Origin: Chloroflexia bacterium
GTDB lineage: Bacteria > Chloroflexota > Chloroflexia > Thermobaculales > Thermobaculaceae
Direction of reading: 5' to 3'
NCBI GenBank assembly: GCA_013695265.1
Contig: JACDAU010000195.1
Span: 1 to 31,312 of the forward strand
Length of the DNA stretch: 31,312 nt
In this document: positions 16,821-25,553 of the stretch, one piece after another
Layout of the letters: each line of letters begins with the position of its first letter
Numbering within the stretch: position 1 is the first letter of the stretch
Notes under the pieces: model-generated
What the model was told of the DNA's origin: nothing
Database searches by the model: none
Seen by the model: the letters and a program-made list of their open reading frames with translations, nothing else
Program-made: the position numbers and the translations under genes

Positions 16821-17103
16821 GAACGTGCGCCTCCGAGCGCCAAGGCTCCGCTCAGCGCTGAGCGAGCCACGTGATACGGTTCGATACGGCCATCAGTATA
16901 GATCATGAAAACGGCGCAGTGCATTAGCGCCGAGGGCGGCACGGAGTGGCAGGCGGCCGTACTGTGATTGGCGGCCCGCCCTTGTTAGGACCTGTACAAC
17001 GTTGCCCATGCCCACGCGATGGCGGTTGAAGCACCGACCGCAGTCCTGCCGTAGGGGTGATGTGTCATGCTTACCCCGTTGCTAGACCACGAGGGGGCGA
17101 TGA

Positions 17104-17547
17104 ATGCATATACAACGATCAGTTCTTGGTCTGCTCGGCGTTTCGATAGTACTCCTGCTCGCAGGGGTCGTTGTCGCGATCGCCGCCAGCCGGCAGCCCG
17201 AGAAAACCTACCCGCCAGGTACGCCGGAGGCTGTTGTCGCGGACTTCATACGACTGGTCGAGGCAGGGAAGCTCGACGAGGCATACGAACTGATGGCGAT
17301 ACCGGGATTGAGCAGGGAACGATTTGATGAACAAGTCGATCCAGCGTACCGGAATGAGAGTTCGCGCCGCGTCACCCTCATCGGATCGGACGTGAATGGC
17401 GACAACGCCACAGTCGATGTGGCCATCTCTACGCTCTCCTCTACGGACGCGCTTGACGTGAGTGAGTACACGAACAGGCAGACCTACCATCTCAGGCGCG
17501 AGAACGGCAGGTGGCTCATCACGGGTCCTAGGTACTTCGGACTATGA
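17104..17547 (+). CDS. Single-TM-anchored extracytoplasmic protein, NTF2-like/DUF4878-like
   Basis: N-terminal TM, TPEAVVADF...GKLDEAYELM, NGDNATVDV, LRRENGRWLI; GAGGGG RBS. Confidence 0.75.
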   Translation: MHIQRSVLGLLGVSIVLLLAGVVVAIAASRQPEKTYPPGTPEAVVADFIRLVEAGKLDEAYELMAIPGLSRERFDEQVDPAYRNESSRRVTLIGSDVNGDNATVDVAISTLSSTDALDVSEYTNRQTYHLRRENGRWLITGPRYFGL

Positions 17548-17559
17548 CGGGGGGACAGG

Positions 17560-19323
17560 ATGAACGATCCACGTAGATCTTTCCGGTACATTTTGGCATT
17601 TGCTGGGCTGCTCACTGCGCTGTACGCCGTGACCGGCCTCCTCGGCCTTGCTATCTCGTTAACGGCATTGCGGGACAACGTGCTGTCCAGCACGGACGAC
17701 AACCGCGTCCGGGCCAGCCTGTACCTGGCGGAACTGATCGTGGGACTGCCCGTTTGGCTCGCGTTGTGGATAGCTTCTCAGCGCCGAGTCGAGTCCTCGG
17801 ACGAGGAGCGCGACTCGGCCGCGCGCCGCGTTTTTCTCGGCACCACCTTCGCGTTCACCTCCGTCGTGGCGCTCTTTGCCCTGCACTCGGTGCTGCGCTA
17901 CGTGTTCACCTTGCCGGGAACGAGCGATATCGATCCAACGGCGCAGAACGCCGTATTCTCCGTGGCCCGGCTGTTCGTCTTCGGCGCTGCCTGGCTCTAC
18001 CACGCCCGCATCGGTTGGACGGAGCGTGGGCCGCAGGAGGATGACGAAGCGCACGACGTCGCGGTTTCCGTGCTTGCGGGCTTCTCCCTGATGTTCCTGG
18101 CGATTGGTGCAGTCCAGGCACTCGGTGAATCCTTGGGCAACCTAATCAGCAGCGGCCAGCCCGTGTTCTCCGGGGTTCTGCCGCGTTCAATCTGGGACCG
18201 CTGGGGCGCGATCGCCGCGTGGATCCTCTCGGGTGGATTTGTTTGGGCCGCTATCTGGCAGTATGAGCTGAGCCGCGGTGGGGCGCGTCGCGTACGCGTA
18301 GCCTACCTCTGGATCGTCCTGCTGTTTGCTGCGCCGACGGCGCTCTGGAGCGCCGCAACGATGCTGTACGAACTGCTGCGTCGCGGACTCGGCTATGACC
18401 CCAGAGCGGAGAGCACATGGCAGTTTCTCGTAAGCGTCTTGCCCATTCTGCTCGTGTCCGGGGTGGTGTGGGCGCATCACTGGGCCGTTGTGCGTGACCA
18501 GCCGTCTCCCCGAAGCGAAGGCGAACGGCACATGCCAGGCGCGATCTTGTGGCCTCGGCGGCTCCCTGTTGCCGTATTGGTCGCCTTCGGACTATCGATG
18601 GTGACCGTGGCGATCGTAGCCGTGCTTTGGCTATCACTTGACTTCGTACTCAACACCGGCAACTCCCTTTCTGGCGGAGCCTGGTGGCGCGACCGCCTGA
18701 GCGGGAGCATAGGTGCAGGACTGGTGGGACTACCTGCGTGGCTGGGTGGCTGGAACTTGTTGCAGCGCGCAGCCGCATCTGCGCCTCAGCGGGAGCGGGG
18801 AGCGTCCGAACGACGACGCCTGCTTGGTTTCATCGTGCTATCGGGCTTACTTGCCGCGATCGGCTTTGGAATATCGCTGCTTTGGCTGGTTCTGCAGGCG
18901 TTGTTGGGCGCGGGGCTGGACGGCAGCGAGGTGAGCCGGATGCTCAAGAGCCTGAGCGCGATACTTGTTGCACTGAGTATGGTGGCGTACCACGGCCAGA
19001 CCCTGCGCCGCGATCTCGCGTTCGGCCCCGCACTTGGCACAAGCGTGAAGATCTCGGCATTTGTTGCTCCAGGATCGGAGGTGCTGTTGGCGCAACTTCG
19101 CGAGTCGACCGGACATCGCATCAAAGTCGTGGGCTTTCTGTCTGATGTTCCCAGGGATGCGAGGCACGACCGGACGGAGCTGGAAAAGCAGCTTGCGAGC
19201 CTGAGCGCACCGGGCAGTTTCCGGGCAGAGAGAGCGCTCATCCTGCTCGGCCCAAACGGCGGCAGTATCCACGCGTACTCGCACCAGAGGCCGGTACAGG
19301 CAACTGATATGGGGGCTGATTGA
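17560..19323 (+). CDS. Polytopic membrane protein with repeated DUF5671-like units
   Basis: Recurrent (L/I)VGxPxWxxxW...RR.(Y/F)L units (LIVGLPVWLALW, GFVWAAIW, GVVWAHHW, LVGLPAWLGGW) and a small soluble C-terminal domain. Confidence 0.75.
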   Translation: MNDPRRSFRYILAFAGLLTALYAVTGLLGLAISLTALRDNVLSSTDDNRVRASLYLAELIVGLPVWLALWIASQRRVESSDEERDSAARRVFLGTTFAFTSVVALFALHSVLRYVFTLPGTSDIDPTAQNAVFSVARLFVFGAAWLYHARIGWTERGPQEDDEAHDVAVSVLAGFSLMFLAIGAVQALGESLGNLISSGQPVFSGVLPRSIWDRWGAIAAWILSGGFVWAAIWQYELSRGGARRVRVAYLWIVLLFAAPTALWSAATMLYELLRRGLGYDPRAESTWQFLVSVLPILLVSGVVWAHHWAVVRDQPSPRSEGERHMPGAILWPRRLPVAVLVAFGLSMVTVAIVAVLWLSLDFVLNTGNSLSGGAWWRDRLSGSIGAGLVGLPAWLGGWNLLQRAAASAPQRERGASERRRLLGFIVLSGLLAAIGFGISLLWLVLQALLGAGLDGSEVSRMLKSLSAILVALSMVAYHGQTLRRDLAFGPALGTSVKISAFVAPGSEVLLAQLRESTGHRIKVVGFLSDVPRDARHDRTELEKQLASLSAPGSFRAERALILLGPNGGSIHAYSHQRPVQATDMGAD

Positions 19324-19335
19324 ATGGTCACGCAG

Positions 19336-19400
19336 GTCATCCCGAAACGCGTGAGAGATCAGTATCCCCAACCATTGATCGCTCGCAGGCTCGGAATGAC
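19336..19400. repeat. Imperfect palindromic REP-like element (GTCAT...ATGAC ends)
   Basis: GTCATCCCGA pairs with TCGGAATGAC; inner GAGAGATC/GATCGCTC arms; lies between convergent genes. Confidence 0.4.
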
Positions 19401-19453
19401 TGATGTGCTACCTTGCCGCGAGACGTCGTAGGAGAAGGATAAGGCTGAGGTAG

Positions 19454-20218
19454 CTACTGGGCCGCAGCGCTCAGAACCTCACTCATGCCAGCCAACTCGA
19501 GCCAGATATCGGTCATGCATTCCCAATGAACCTGCTCGTGGTCGACATGGTGGAGGCGGAAGAAGATCGCGTATCGGATATCTGCAGATCCGTTGCCAGC
19601 TATGCCGTGCGCAAGTTGATAGTGCACCAGAAACGCGTCGCCAGCCTTGCCGGTCACTTGGACCGGCTCGGGCAGCTCAACCTTTGGCATACCTTCTAGC
19701 AGGGCATGCGCGCCGTGGCTCCGAAAGTACTCCTCGAACAAGCGATGGCTGCCAGGCCACACGGTGAAGTTCCCACGATCTGGTCCGGGCAGGTCGCTCA
19801 ACAGCACACCCACCAAGGCGGTAAAGTTGGAGATCGTTCCCTCTTTTACACCGTTGGTCGGCGAGTACATTCCGTCGATATGCGGCCGCGGCTTCGTTGG
19901 CTCCTCAGGCACAGGAAAGCGTAACGCGATCTGCCCGCCCTTAACCGGCTTGATCTGGCCTGACCCGATAGCGGACTCCGCGACCGCCCAGAGAGGCGTG
20001 TTGTTGAGCAGTTCCGTGATCGCTGGCGTGTCGCGAAGTTCCGGCGTGTACGTCTGAGCGCGGAACGTCGTGAGCTTCGCAGGGTCAATGCCGTTCGCGC
20101 CGAGCGAGGCGTTGATAGCCCGCAGCGCGGCGTCCACGCGGTCTCGTGGGACGATGCTGGGCAGCTTTACGTAGCCATGCTCAAACATTTGTTGCTTCTG
20201 CTCGAGTGATAAGTGCAT
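19454..20218 (-). CDS. Phytanoyl-CoA dioxygenase (PhyH)-family Fe(II)/2OG dioxygenase
   Basis: FEHGYV, PHID (HxD), VWPGSH, GDAFLVH..LAHG, RYAIF; AGGAGG RBS before ATG 20218. Confidence 0.88.
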   Translation of the reverse strand: MHLSLEQKQQMFEHGYVKLPSIVPRDRVDAALRAINASLGANGIDPAKLTTFRAQTYTPELRDTPAITELLNNTPLWAVAESAIGSGQIKPVKGGQIALRFPVPEEPTKPRPHIDGMYSPTNGVKEGTISNFTALVGVLLSDLPGPDRGNFTVWPGSHRLFEEYFRSHGAHALLEGMPKVELPEPVQVTGKAGDAFLVHYQLAHGIAGNGSADIRYAIFFRLHHVDHEQVHWECMTDIWLELAGMSEVLSAAAQ

Positions 20219-20419
20219 CGGGCACCTCCTGGTATCCTTGGTGGCTATACTGACCTTTGTCGCCGCTGCAAGACATGCGCCGCGAAGGAACGCTATGCAG
20301 CCGATTGCGTCCATGAAAAAGCGTACTGGCGAGGTGAATCCTTTTGCCGGAAGGCGGGACCGGTATAATCGACAGCATCAACGCGTTCACTGCATTACCG
20401 AGCCGAAAGGGTAATACGA

Positions 20420-21619
20420 TTGACCACAATTGCCACCAGCGGCACCACGCCTGAGGTGATGCAGCGACGCCGTCCCGTAGCGGCTCGCGTCGCGGTCCTC
20501 CTTATTTTCGCTGTGTGTGGCATCGGGGTAAGCAACTGGGTGCCTCGCATCCCGGAGGTGCGCCGCGCCCTGGAACTCAGCGAGGGACTGCTCGGTTTCG
20601 CACTGCTCTTCCCTGCGCCCGGCGCACTCGTGTCCATGCCGTTCGCTGGTTGGCTCGTCGCGCGATGGGGGAGCAGACCGGCGACGCGGCTACTGTCGCT
20701 CTGCTTCTGCGCGGTGCTTCCGCTGCCCGTCCTCGCCTGGAACCTGCCCTCCCTCGCGTTCGCGCTGCTGCTCTTCGGCGCCGGCATCGGCTCGCTCGAT
20801 GTCGCGATGAACTCCCAGGCGGTGGCGGTCGAGACGCAGTACCGGCGGCCGATCCTCTCGACCTTTCACGCCGCCTTCAGCTTCGGGGCGCTCGGCGGCG
20901 CCGTGATTGGCGGCTGGGCCGCGGAACTAGGCATCGATCTGGTGCCACACATGGTTGCCGTCGGTGCCATACTCCTGGTGGTCTCGGCGGTCGGCTCCCG
21001 CTGGCTCCTGCCGGCGCACACGGACGCTGGGGATCACGGCCCCGCCTTTGCGGTCCCGTCCAGACCGCTGATGCTGCTCGGCGTCATCGCGTTTTGCGCG
21101 CTGGTCGCAGAGGGCGCGGCGGCGGACTGGAGCGCCGTGTATCTCCAGGATTACCTGCACACCAGCAAGGGGCTCGCCGCTGCCGGCTTCGCCGCGTTCT
21201 CGCTGACGATGGCGGTGATGCGACTCGGTGGCGACCGGATCGCCGCAAGGTGGGGGGCGGTGACGACAGTGCGACTGGGCGGGGTGATCGCGGCGCTCGG
21301 GCTCGGGCTCGGGCTGTTCGCGGCGCATCCAGTGGCGGCGATGCTGGGCTTCGGCGCGCTCGGCGTCGGGATCGCAAACATCTTCCCGATCGTGCTCAGT
21401 GCGGCCGGGCGCATGCCCGGCCTGGGCACCGCTCCCGCGATCGCGGCGATGACCACGATGGGGTATAGCGGCTTTCTTGTTGGACCCCCGCTTATCGGTT
21501 TTCTGGCGGAACTTGTGACCCTGCCGGTGGCGCTTGCGGTCGTCGTTCTGTTGTGCGCGCTCATCGCGCTACTCGCCGGGACCATCGTACCGGCCGCGTC
21601 TCCCGAGTCGTACCCGTGA
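20420..21619 (+). CDS. MFS transporter (YbjJ-like)
   Basis: NWVPRIP, LDVAMNSQAV, FHAAFSFG, AEGAAADWSAVYL, GPPLIG; about 12 TM segments. Confidence 0.9.
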   Translation: MTTIATSGTTPEVMQRRRPVAARVAVLLIFAVCGIGVSNWVPRIPEVRRALELSEGLLGFALLFPAPGALVSMPFAGWLVARWGSRPATRLLSLCFCAVLPLPVLAWNLPSLAFALLLFGAGIGSLDVAMNSQAVAVETQYRRPILSTFHAAFSFGALGGAVIGGWAAELGIDLVPHMVAVGAILLVVSAVGSRWLLPAHTDAGDHGPAFAVPSRPLMLLGVIAFCALVAEGAAADWSAVYLQDYLHTSKGLAAAGFAAFSLTMAVMRLGGDRIAARWGAVTTVRLGGVIAALGLGLGLFAAHPVAAMLGFGALGVGIANIFPIVLSAAGRMPGLGTAPAIAAMTTMGYSGFLVGPPLIGFLAELVTLPVALAVVVLLCALIALLAGTIVPAASPESYP

Positions 21620-21655
21620 CGCTTTCGGATCAAGAACTTATGACGCTTCTGTGTA

Positions 21656-21727
21656 GTAGAGGCGGCTCTCCGAGGCCAAACTGTGGTGGGGAAGGCGTGT
21701 GGGCAGGCACGGAGACCCGCACCCTAC
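21656..21727. repeat. Inverted pair of GTAG-type REP-like hairpins
   Basis: GTAGAGGCGGCTCTCCGAGGCC on + (21656-21677) and GTAGGGTGCGGGTCTCCGTGCCTGCCC on - (21727-21701). Confidence 0.55.
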
Positions 21728-21885
21728 GGGATGTGGGTTAACTCACCGCCGCATCGGTCTGATGAGCTTCTTCGTGACAACCGCCATGGTTGCTTGCGGC
21801 GACCCCGAAACGAAGCGTCTGTTGCCAATCCGACGTGAAGGACGGAACAACCGCGGCTAGAGCAGACCGCGACGGGAGGTTTCAG

Positions 21886-22296
21886 GTGCCGGTAACCTTG
21901 ACGCGCAACACGACCATTTCGAGCGACGCCCTCAACACCCTCAGGATGGAGTCGTGGGCAGACATGGGTCCGTCGGACTGGGACCCGGTCTTCGCCCGCA
22001 GCATGGGGTGGGTCTGCGCCCACAAAGGCGAGCGTCTCGTTGGTTTCGTCAACGTCGCCTGGGACGGAGGCGCGCACGCCTTCCTCCTCGACACCACCGT
22101 CCACCGAGACTTCAAGCGGCGCGGCATTGGGACGGAGCTCGTCCGAGAGGCCACCGCTCTCGCCCGCGAAGGAGGCGCCGAGTGGCTACACGTGGACTAC
22201 GACGAGACAGACGAGGCGCTGGAGCCGTTCTACCGCGGCTGCGGCTTCGTCTCCACGCCCGCAGGAGTGATCCACCTTGAGCCGTACGTCGAGTGA
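21886..22296 (+). CDS. GNAT family N-acetyltransferase
   Basis: LVGFVNVAWDGGAHAFLLDTTVHRDFKRRGIG, WLHVDY, FYRGCGF; GGGAGG 6 nt before GTG 21886. Confidence 0.9.
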   Translation: MPVTLTRNTTISSDALNTLRMESWADMGPSDWDPVFARSMGWVCAHKGERLVGFVNVAWDGGAHAFLLDTTVHRDFKRRGIGTELVREATALAREGGAEWLHVDYDETDEALEPFYRGCGFVSTPAGVIHLEPYVE

Positions 22297-22342
22297 CCGG
22301 AGCGCGGCGACCCTTCTTGCCCCCGTGCTTACACACCGGCAC

Positions 22343-22371
22343 TTGAAGGCAGAGACCATTTGCAGTATAGT
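22343..22371 (+). promoter_or_regulatory. Sigma70-type promoter about 320 nt upstream of the RIO1 kinase
   Basis: TTGAAG (22343-22348), 17 nt, TATAGT (22366-22371). Confidence 0.65.
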
Positions 22372-22435
22372 AACGCAAGCAGCGCCGGACGGCGATCCGC
22401 ACACGGTGCCGCGCTGAATGAAAGGGGGTGTGACG

Positions 22436-22501
22436 ATGGGCTTTATGCGTACTGCGAGTACCCGGCCTAGCCACGTCCCCGAAGGCGCACGGTCCACCTG
22501 A
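22436..22501 (+). CDS. Putative 21-aa leader peptide (MGFMRTASTRPSHVPEGARST)
   Basis: Strong AAAGGGGGTG RBS, first ORF after the promoter, followed by hairpins. Confidence 0.45.
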   Translation: MGFMRTASTRPSHVPEGARST

Positions 22502-22531
22502 CTCGGCTCTAGCTGCTAGACCCGACCTCAC

Positions 22532-22560
22532 GAGGCCGTCCCATCCAGGGGCGGCCTCTT
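22532..22560 (+). terminator. GC-rich hairpin in leader (attenuator/terminator-like)
   Basis: GAGGCCGTCCC-ATCCA-GGGGCGGCCTC followed by only TTCG (weak U-tract). Confidence 0.4.
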
Positions 22561-22695
22561 CGCATCGGTAGGAGGCGTCATCGGACGCCCAGGTACGCTG
22601 CCCATGCAACACCATACGAAAGGAGGACCGGCTATGAGAACGACTTGCTCACCGACACCACACAAACTCGACGAGCCAAGTAACAGGAGAATCGA

Positions 22696-23556
22696 TTGCA
22701 TTACATGGACTACACAGACGTCTTCGACGACGAGCCGGTCCGCCAGCGCGCAGCCCGGCCCAAGGTTCGGAGGACGAAGCAAGAAAGCCCGCTCTCGGAT
22801 ATCGAGCACGGCGGCGACAACCCACAGCTGGAGGCACAGGATGATCCCCTCCAGCCGTTCCTGGACGAGAGCTGGATCAGAAAGGTACTGCACGTCGTGA
22901 AGAGCGGCAAGGAGGCGACGGTGTACTGCTGCGAGGGTGGCGCGGCCAGCGGGGGCGAGCTGCTCGCGGCGAAGGTGTATCGCTCGCGGAACAACCGTGG
23001 GTTCAAGAACGACTCGATCTATCAGGAGGGGAGGATAGTGCTCGACGCCCACGAGCGGCGGGCGGTAAAGAATAAGAGTCGCAAGGGACGCGAGGTCCAA
23101 GCGGGAGAGTGGATGAGTCACGAGTGGGAGACGCTGCGCGCGCTCCACGCCGCCGGTGCCGCTGTCCCCAGGCCGTATGCACAGCGGGGAAACGCGCTGC
23201 TGATGGAATACGTGGGAGACCAGGATTCCGCCGCGCCGCCCCTGCACCGGGTGGACCTTGATCGGGGGGACACACGTCGGCTGTTCGAGGTTGCCATGGC
23301 GCAGATCGAGCTCTGGCTCACGCACAACCGCGTACACGCCGACCTCTCGCCGTATAACGTCCTGGTGTCGCGGGAAAGGCTCGTGTTCATCGACTTCCCA
23401 CAGGCGGTCGACCCTCGGTCGAACTCGAATGCTCTCGCTTTGCTGGAGCGCGACATAGCAAACCTGTGCCGTTACTGGGAGCAATACGGCGTGCGTGCGG
23501 ACGCCAATCGGATTTCCCGAAAGATGTGGAGCCGGTATATTCGGGGGGATCTGTGA
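22696..23556 (+). CDS. RIO1-family atypical protein kinase/ATPase
   Basis: VKSGKEATVY, AAKVYR, EWETL..L...GAAVPRPY, LLMEY, VHADLSPYN, FIDFPQAVD; AGGAG RBS (alternative ATG at 22705). Confidence 0.92.
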   Translation: MHYMDYTDVFDDEPVRQRAARPKVRRTKQESPLSDIEHGGDNPQLEAQDDPLQPFLDESWIRKVLHVVKSGKEATVYCCEGGAASGGELLAAKVYRSRNNRGFKNDSIYQEGRIVLDAHERRAVKNKSRKGREVQAGEWMSHEWETLRALHAAGAAVPRPYAQRGNALLMEYVGDQDSAAPPLHRVDLDRGDTRRLFEVAMAQIELWLTHNRVHADLSPYNVLVSRERLVFIDFPQAVDPRSNSNALALLERDIANLCRYWEQYGVRADANRISRKMWSRYIRGDL

Positions 23557-23671
23557 TCGCGACTCAAGGCAAAGCCAGTGGCATGCTCATGTGCGATGCA
23601 ATCCCGCACCGGTTTCTGCCCGAGGCGAAGCAGTCTTGCGACTTGCCAGACAAGCGGGAAGAAATGCGGCG

Positions 23672-25450
23672 ATGACCGTCGGACTCGGTCAGTATCGCGA
23701 TCTGCTGATTCGCTATGTGGGGAAACAGCGGCGCGCCGTCATAATATTGGCGGCGCTGCTTCTGGGCAACATCGCATTGCAACTCGCGAGTCCTCAGCTT
23801 TTGCGCCGCTTCATTGATGGCGCATTGGATGGCGACGAACGTTCGACGTTGCTCACGCTCGCCGTCTTCTTCCTGGGTCTGGCGGTGATGACGCAGGTCG
23901 TCGCGGTGGGCGAGACGTACCTCGCGGAGAACGTGGGGTGGACCGCGACAAACAAGTTGCGATCCGACCTGGCGCTACACTGCCTGCGGCTCGACATGGA
24001 TTTCCATAACGCCCGAACGCCCGGCGAGCTGATCGAGCGTATCGATGGCGATGTCACCAAGCTCGGCAACTTCTTCTCGCGTTTCGTCGTGCATGTGCTC
24101 GGCAATGGGCTTCTCTTCGCCGGTGTGCTGGTCCTGCTGTGGCGAATACACTGGATCGCGGGCGCGGTGTTGACGGTCTTCGGGTTCATCAGCCTGCTGA
24201 TTCTCCTGCGGCTGCGTAACGTCGGCGCCCCCCGCTGGAACGCCGCGCGTCAGGCGAGCGCGGAGGTGTTTGGCTTTATCGAGGAGCGACTCGCCGGAAC
24301 GGAGGACATCCGTGCAAACGGCGCGACCGCGTACACAATGCGCTCCTCACACGTCCTCGCCCGCAATCTGTTGCGCCGCGAGCGCATCGCGGGGTTCTTC
24401 GGCTCTCTAACTGGGAGCACGACCGTGCTGCTTTTCGCGCTCGGTACCGTTCTCTCGCTCACTCTGGGAGCCTACCTGCTGAGCGTGCGTGCGATCTCGA
24501 TCGGAACAGTCTTTCTCATGTACACTTACACCGAGTTGCTCACCCGGCCCATCGAACAGATCGCCCGCCAGATGCAGGACCTACAGCAGGCGGCGGCAAG
24601 CATTGGTCGCGTACAGGAACTGCTCGATGCCCGTGCTACGATCAAGGAAGGCCGTGCTGCGCTGCCCTCGTCCGTGGCGCTGTCCGTCGAGTTGGAACAC
24701 GTGACGTTCGGCTATGTCGGCGCGCAGCCGGTGCTGCGAGACGTGAGCTTCACGCTTGGACCAGGGGAGACGATTGGTATTCTTGGCCGTACCGGCAGCG
24801 GCAAAACCACGATCACTCGGCTGTTGTGCCGCCTCTACGATCCACAGCAGGGTGCCGTACGGCTCGGCGGCGTCGACCTGCGCGAGGCCCAGTTGGAGAG
24901 CATTCGCTCTCATGTCGGCGTCGTCACGCAGGACATCCAGCTATTCCACGCCAGTGTCCGAGATAATCTCACCCTCTTTGATTCCCGCATCACGGACGCG
25001 GCCATAAAACGTGTACTCGACGAACTGGAGCTTGGCCACTGGTATCGTGCGCTCCCACTTGGGCTTGAAACCGTGCTTGACCATGGTGGCGGGCTTTCCG
25101 CGGGTGAGGCGCAACTACTCGCGTTTGCTCGCGTCTTTTTGGTCGACCCCGGACTGGTGATCCTCGACGAGGCGTCCTCGCGCCTCGATCCCGCGACGGA
25201 GCGGCGGCTGGATCACGCGGTTGCACGCGTGATGCAAGGGCGCACGGGGATCATCATCGCGCATCGGCTCTCAACCGTACAGCGGGTAGACACGATCATG
25301 GTGCTCGAACAAGGTCAGGTTGCGGAGTATGGGGCGCGAGCGGCCCTTGCCGCCGATTCTATGTCCCGCTTCGCTGGTCTCCTGCGCACCGGGATGGAAG
25401 AGCCGATGAGAACAAACCCAACATCCACCATCGAAAACCTACGATCATGA
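23672..25450 (+). CDS. Type IV ABC exporter half-transporter (TMD+NBD), subunit 1
   Basis: Six-TM domain, Walker A GRTGSGKT, signature LSAGEAQ, Walker B ILDEASS, IAHRL. Confidence 0.92.
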   Translation: MTVGLGQYRDLLIRYVGKQRRAVIILAALLLGNIALQLASPQLLRRFIDGALDGDERSTLLTLAVFFLGLAVMTQVVAVGETYLAENVGWTATNKLRSDLALHCLRLDMDFHNARTPGELIERIDGDVTKLGNFFSRFVVHVLGNGLLFAGVLVLLWRIHWIAGAVLTVFGFISLLILLRLRNVGAPRWNAARQASAEVFGFIEERLAGTEDIRANGATAYTMRSSHVLARNLLRRERIAGFFGSLTGSTTVLLFALGTVLSLTLGAYLLSVRAISIGTVFLMYTYTELLTRPIEQIARQMQDLQQAAASIGRVQELLDARATIKEGRAALPSSVALSVELEHVTFGYVGAQPVLRDVSFTLGPGETIGILGRTGSGKTTITRLLCRLYDPQQGAVRLGGVDLREAQLESIRSHVGVVTQDIQLFHASVRDNLTLFDSRITDAAIKRVLDELELGHWYRALPLGLETVLDHGGGLSAGEAQLLAFARVFLVDPGLVILDEASSRLDPATERRLDHAVARVMQGRTGIIIAHRLSTVQRVDTIMVLEQGQVAEYGARAALAADSMSRFAGLLRTGMEEPMRTNPTSTIENLRS

Positions 25451-25553
25451 TGTCGATGCTGGGTGGATGTGGCTCAGATCCTGTGAGGCGCAATTCTCCG
25501 TGCTGGCCCCGCACCTGCCCAGCCGCGTCTAGAAAGGCATAAGGAGACAACCA

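Noticed and set aside
21728-21772. Fluoride (crcB) riboswitch resemblance (GAUG...ACCGCC...CUGAUGA)
   Set aside because: The P1 stem and pseudoknot pairings cannot be formed.
22528-23484. Long antisense or alternate-frame ORFs (also 10806..11612, 20515..21468, 28117..28869, 12647..13438)
   Set aside because: Shadow ORFs of real genes in GC-rich DNA; no recognisable motifs.
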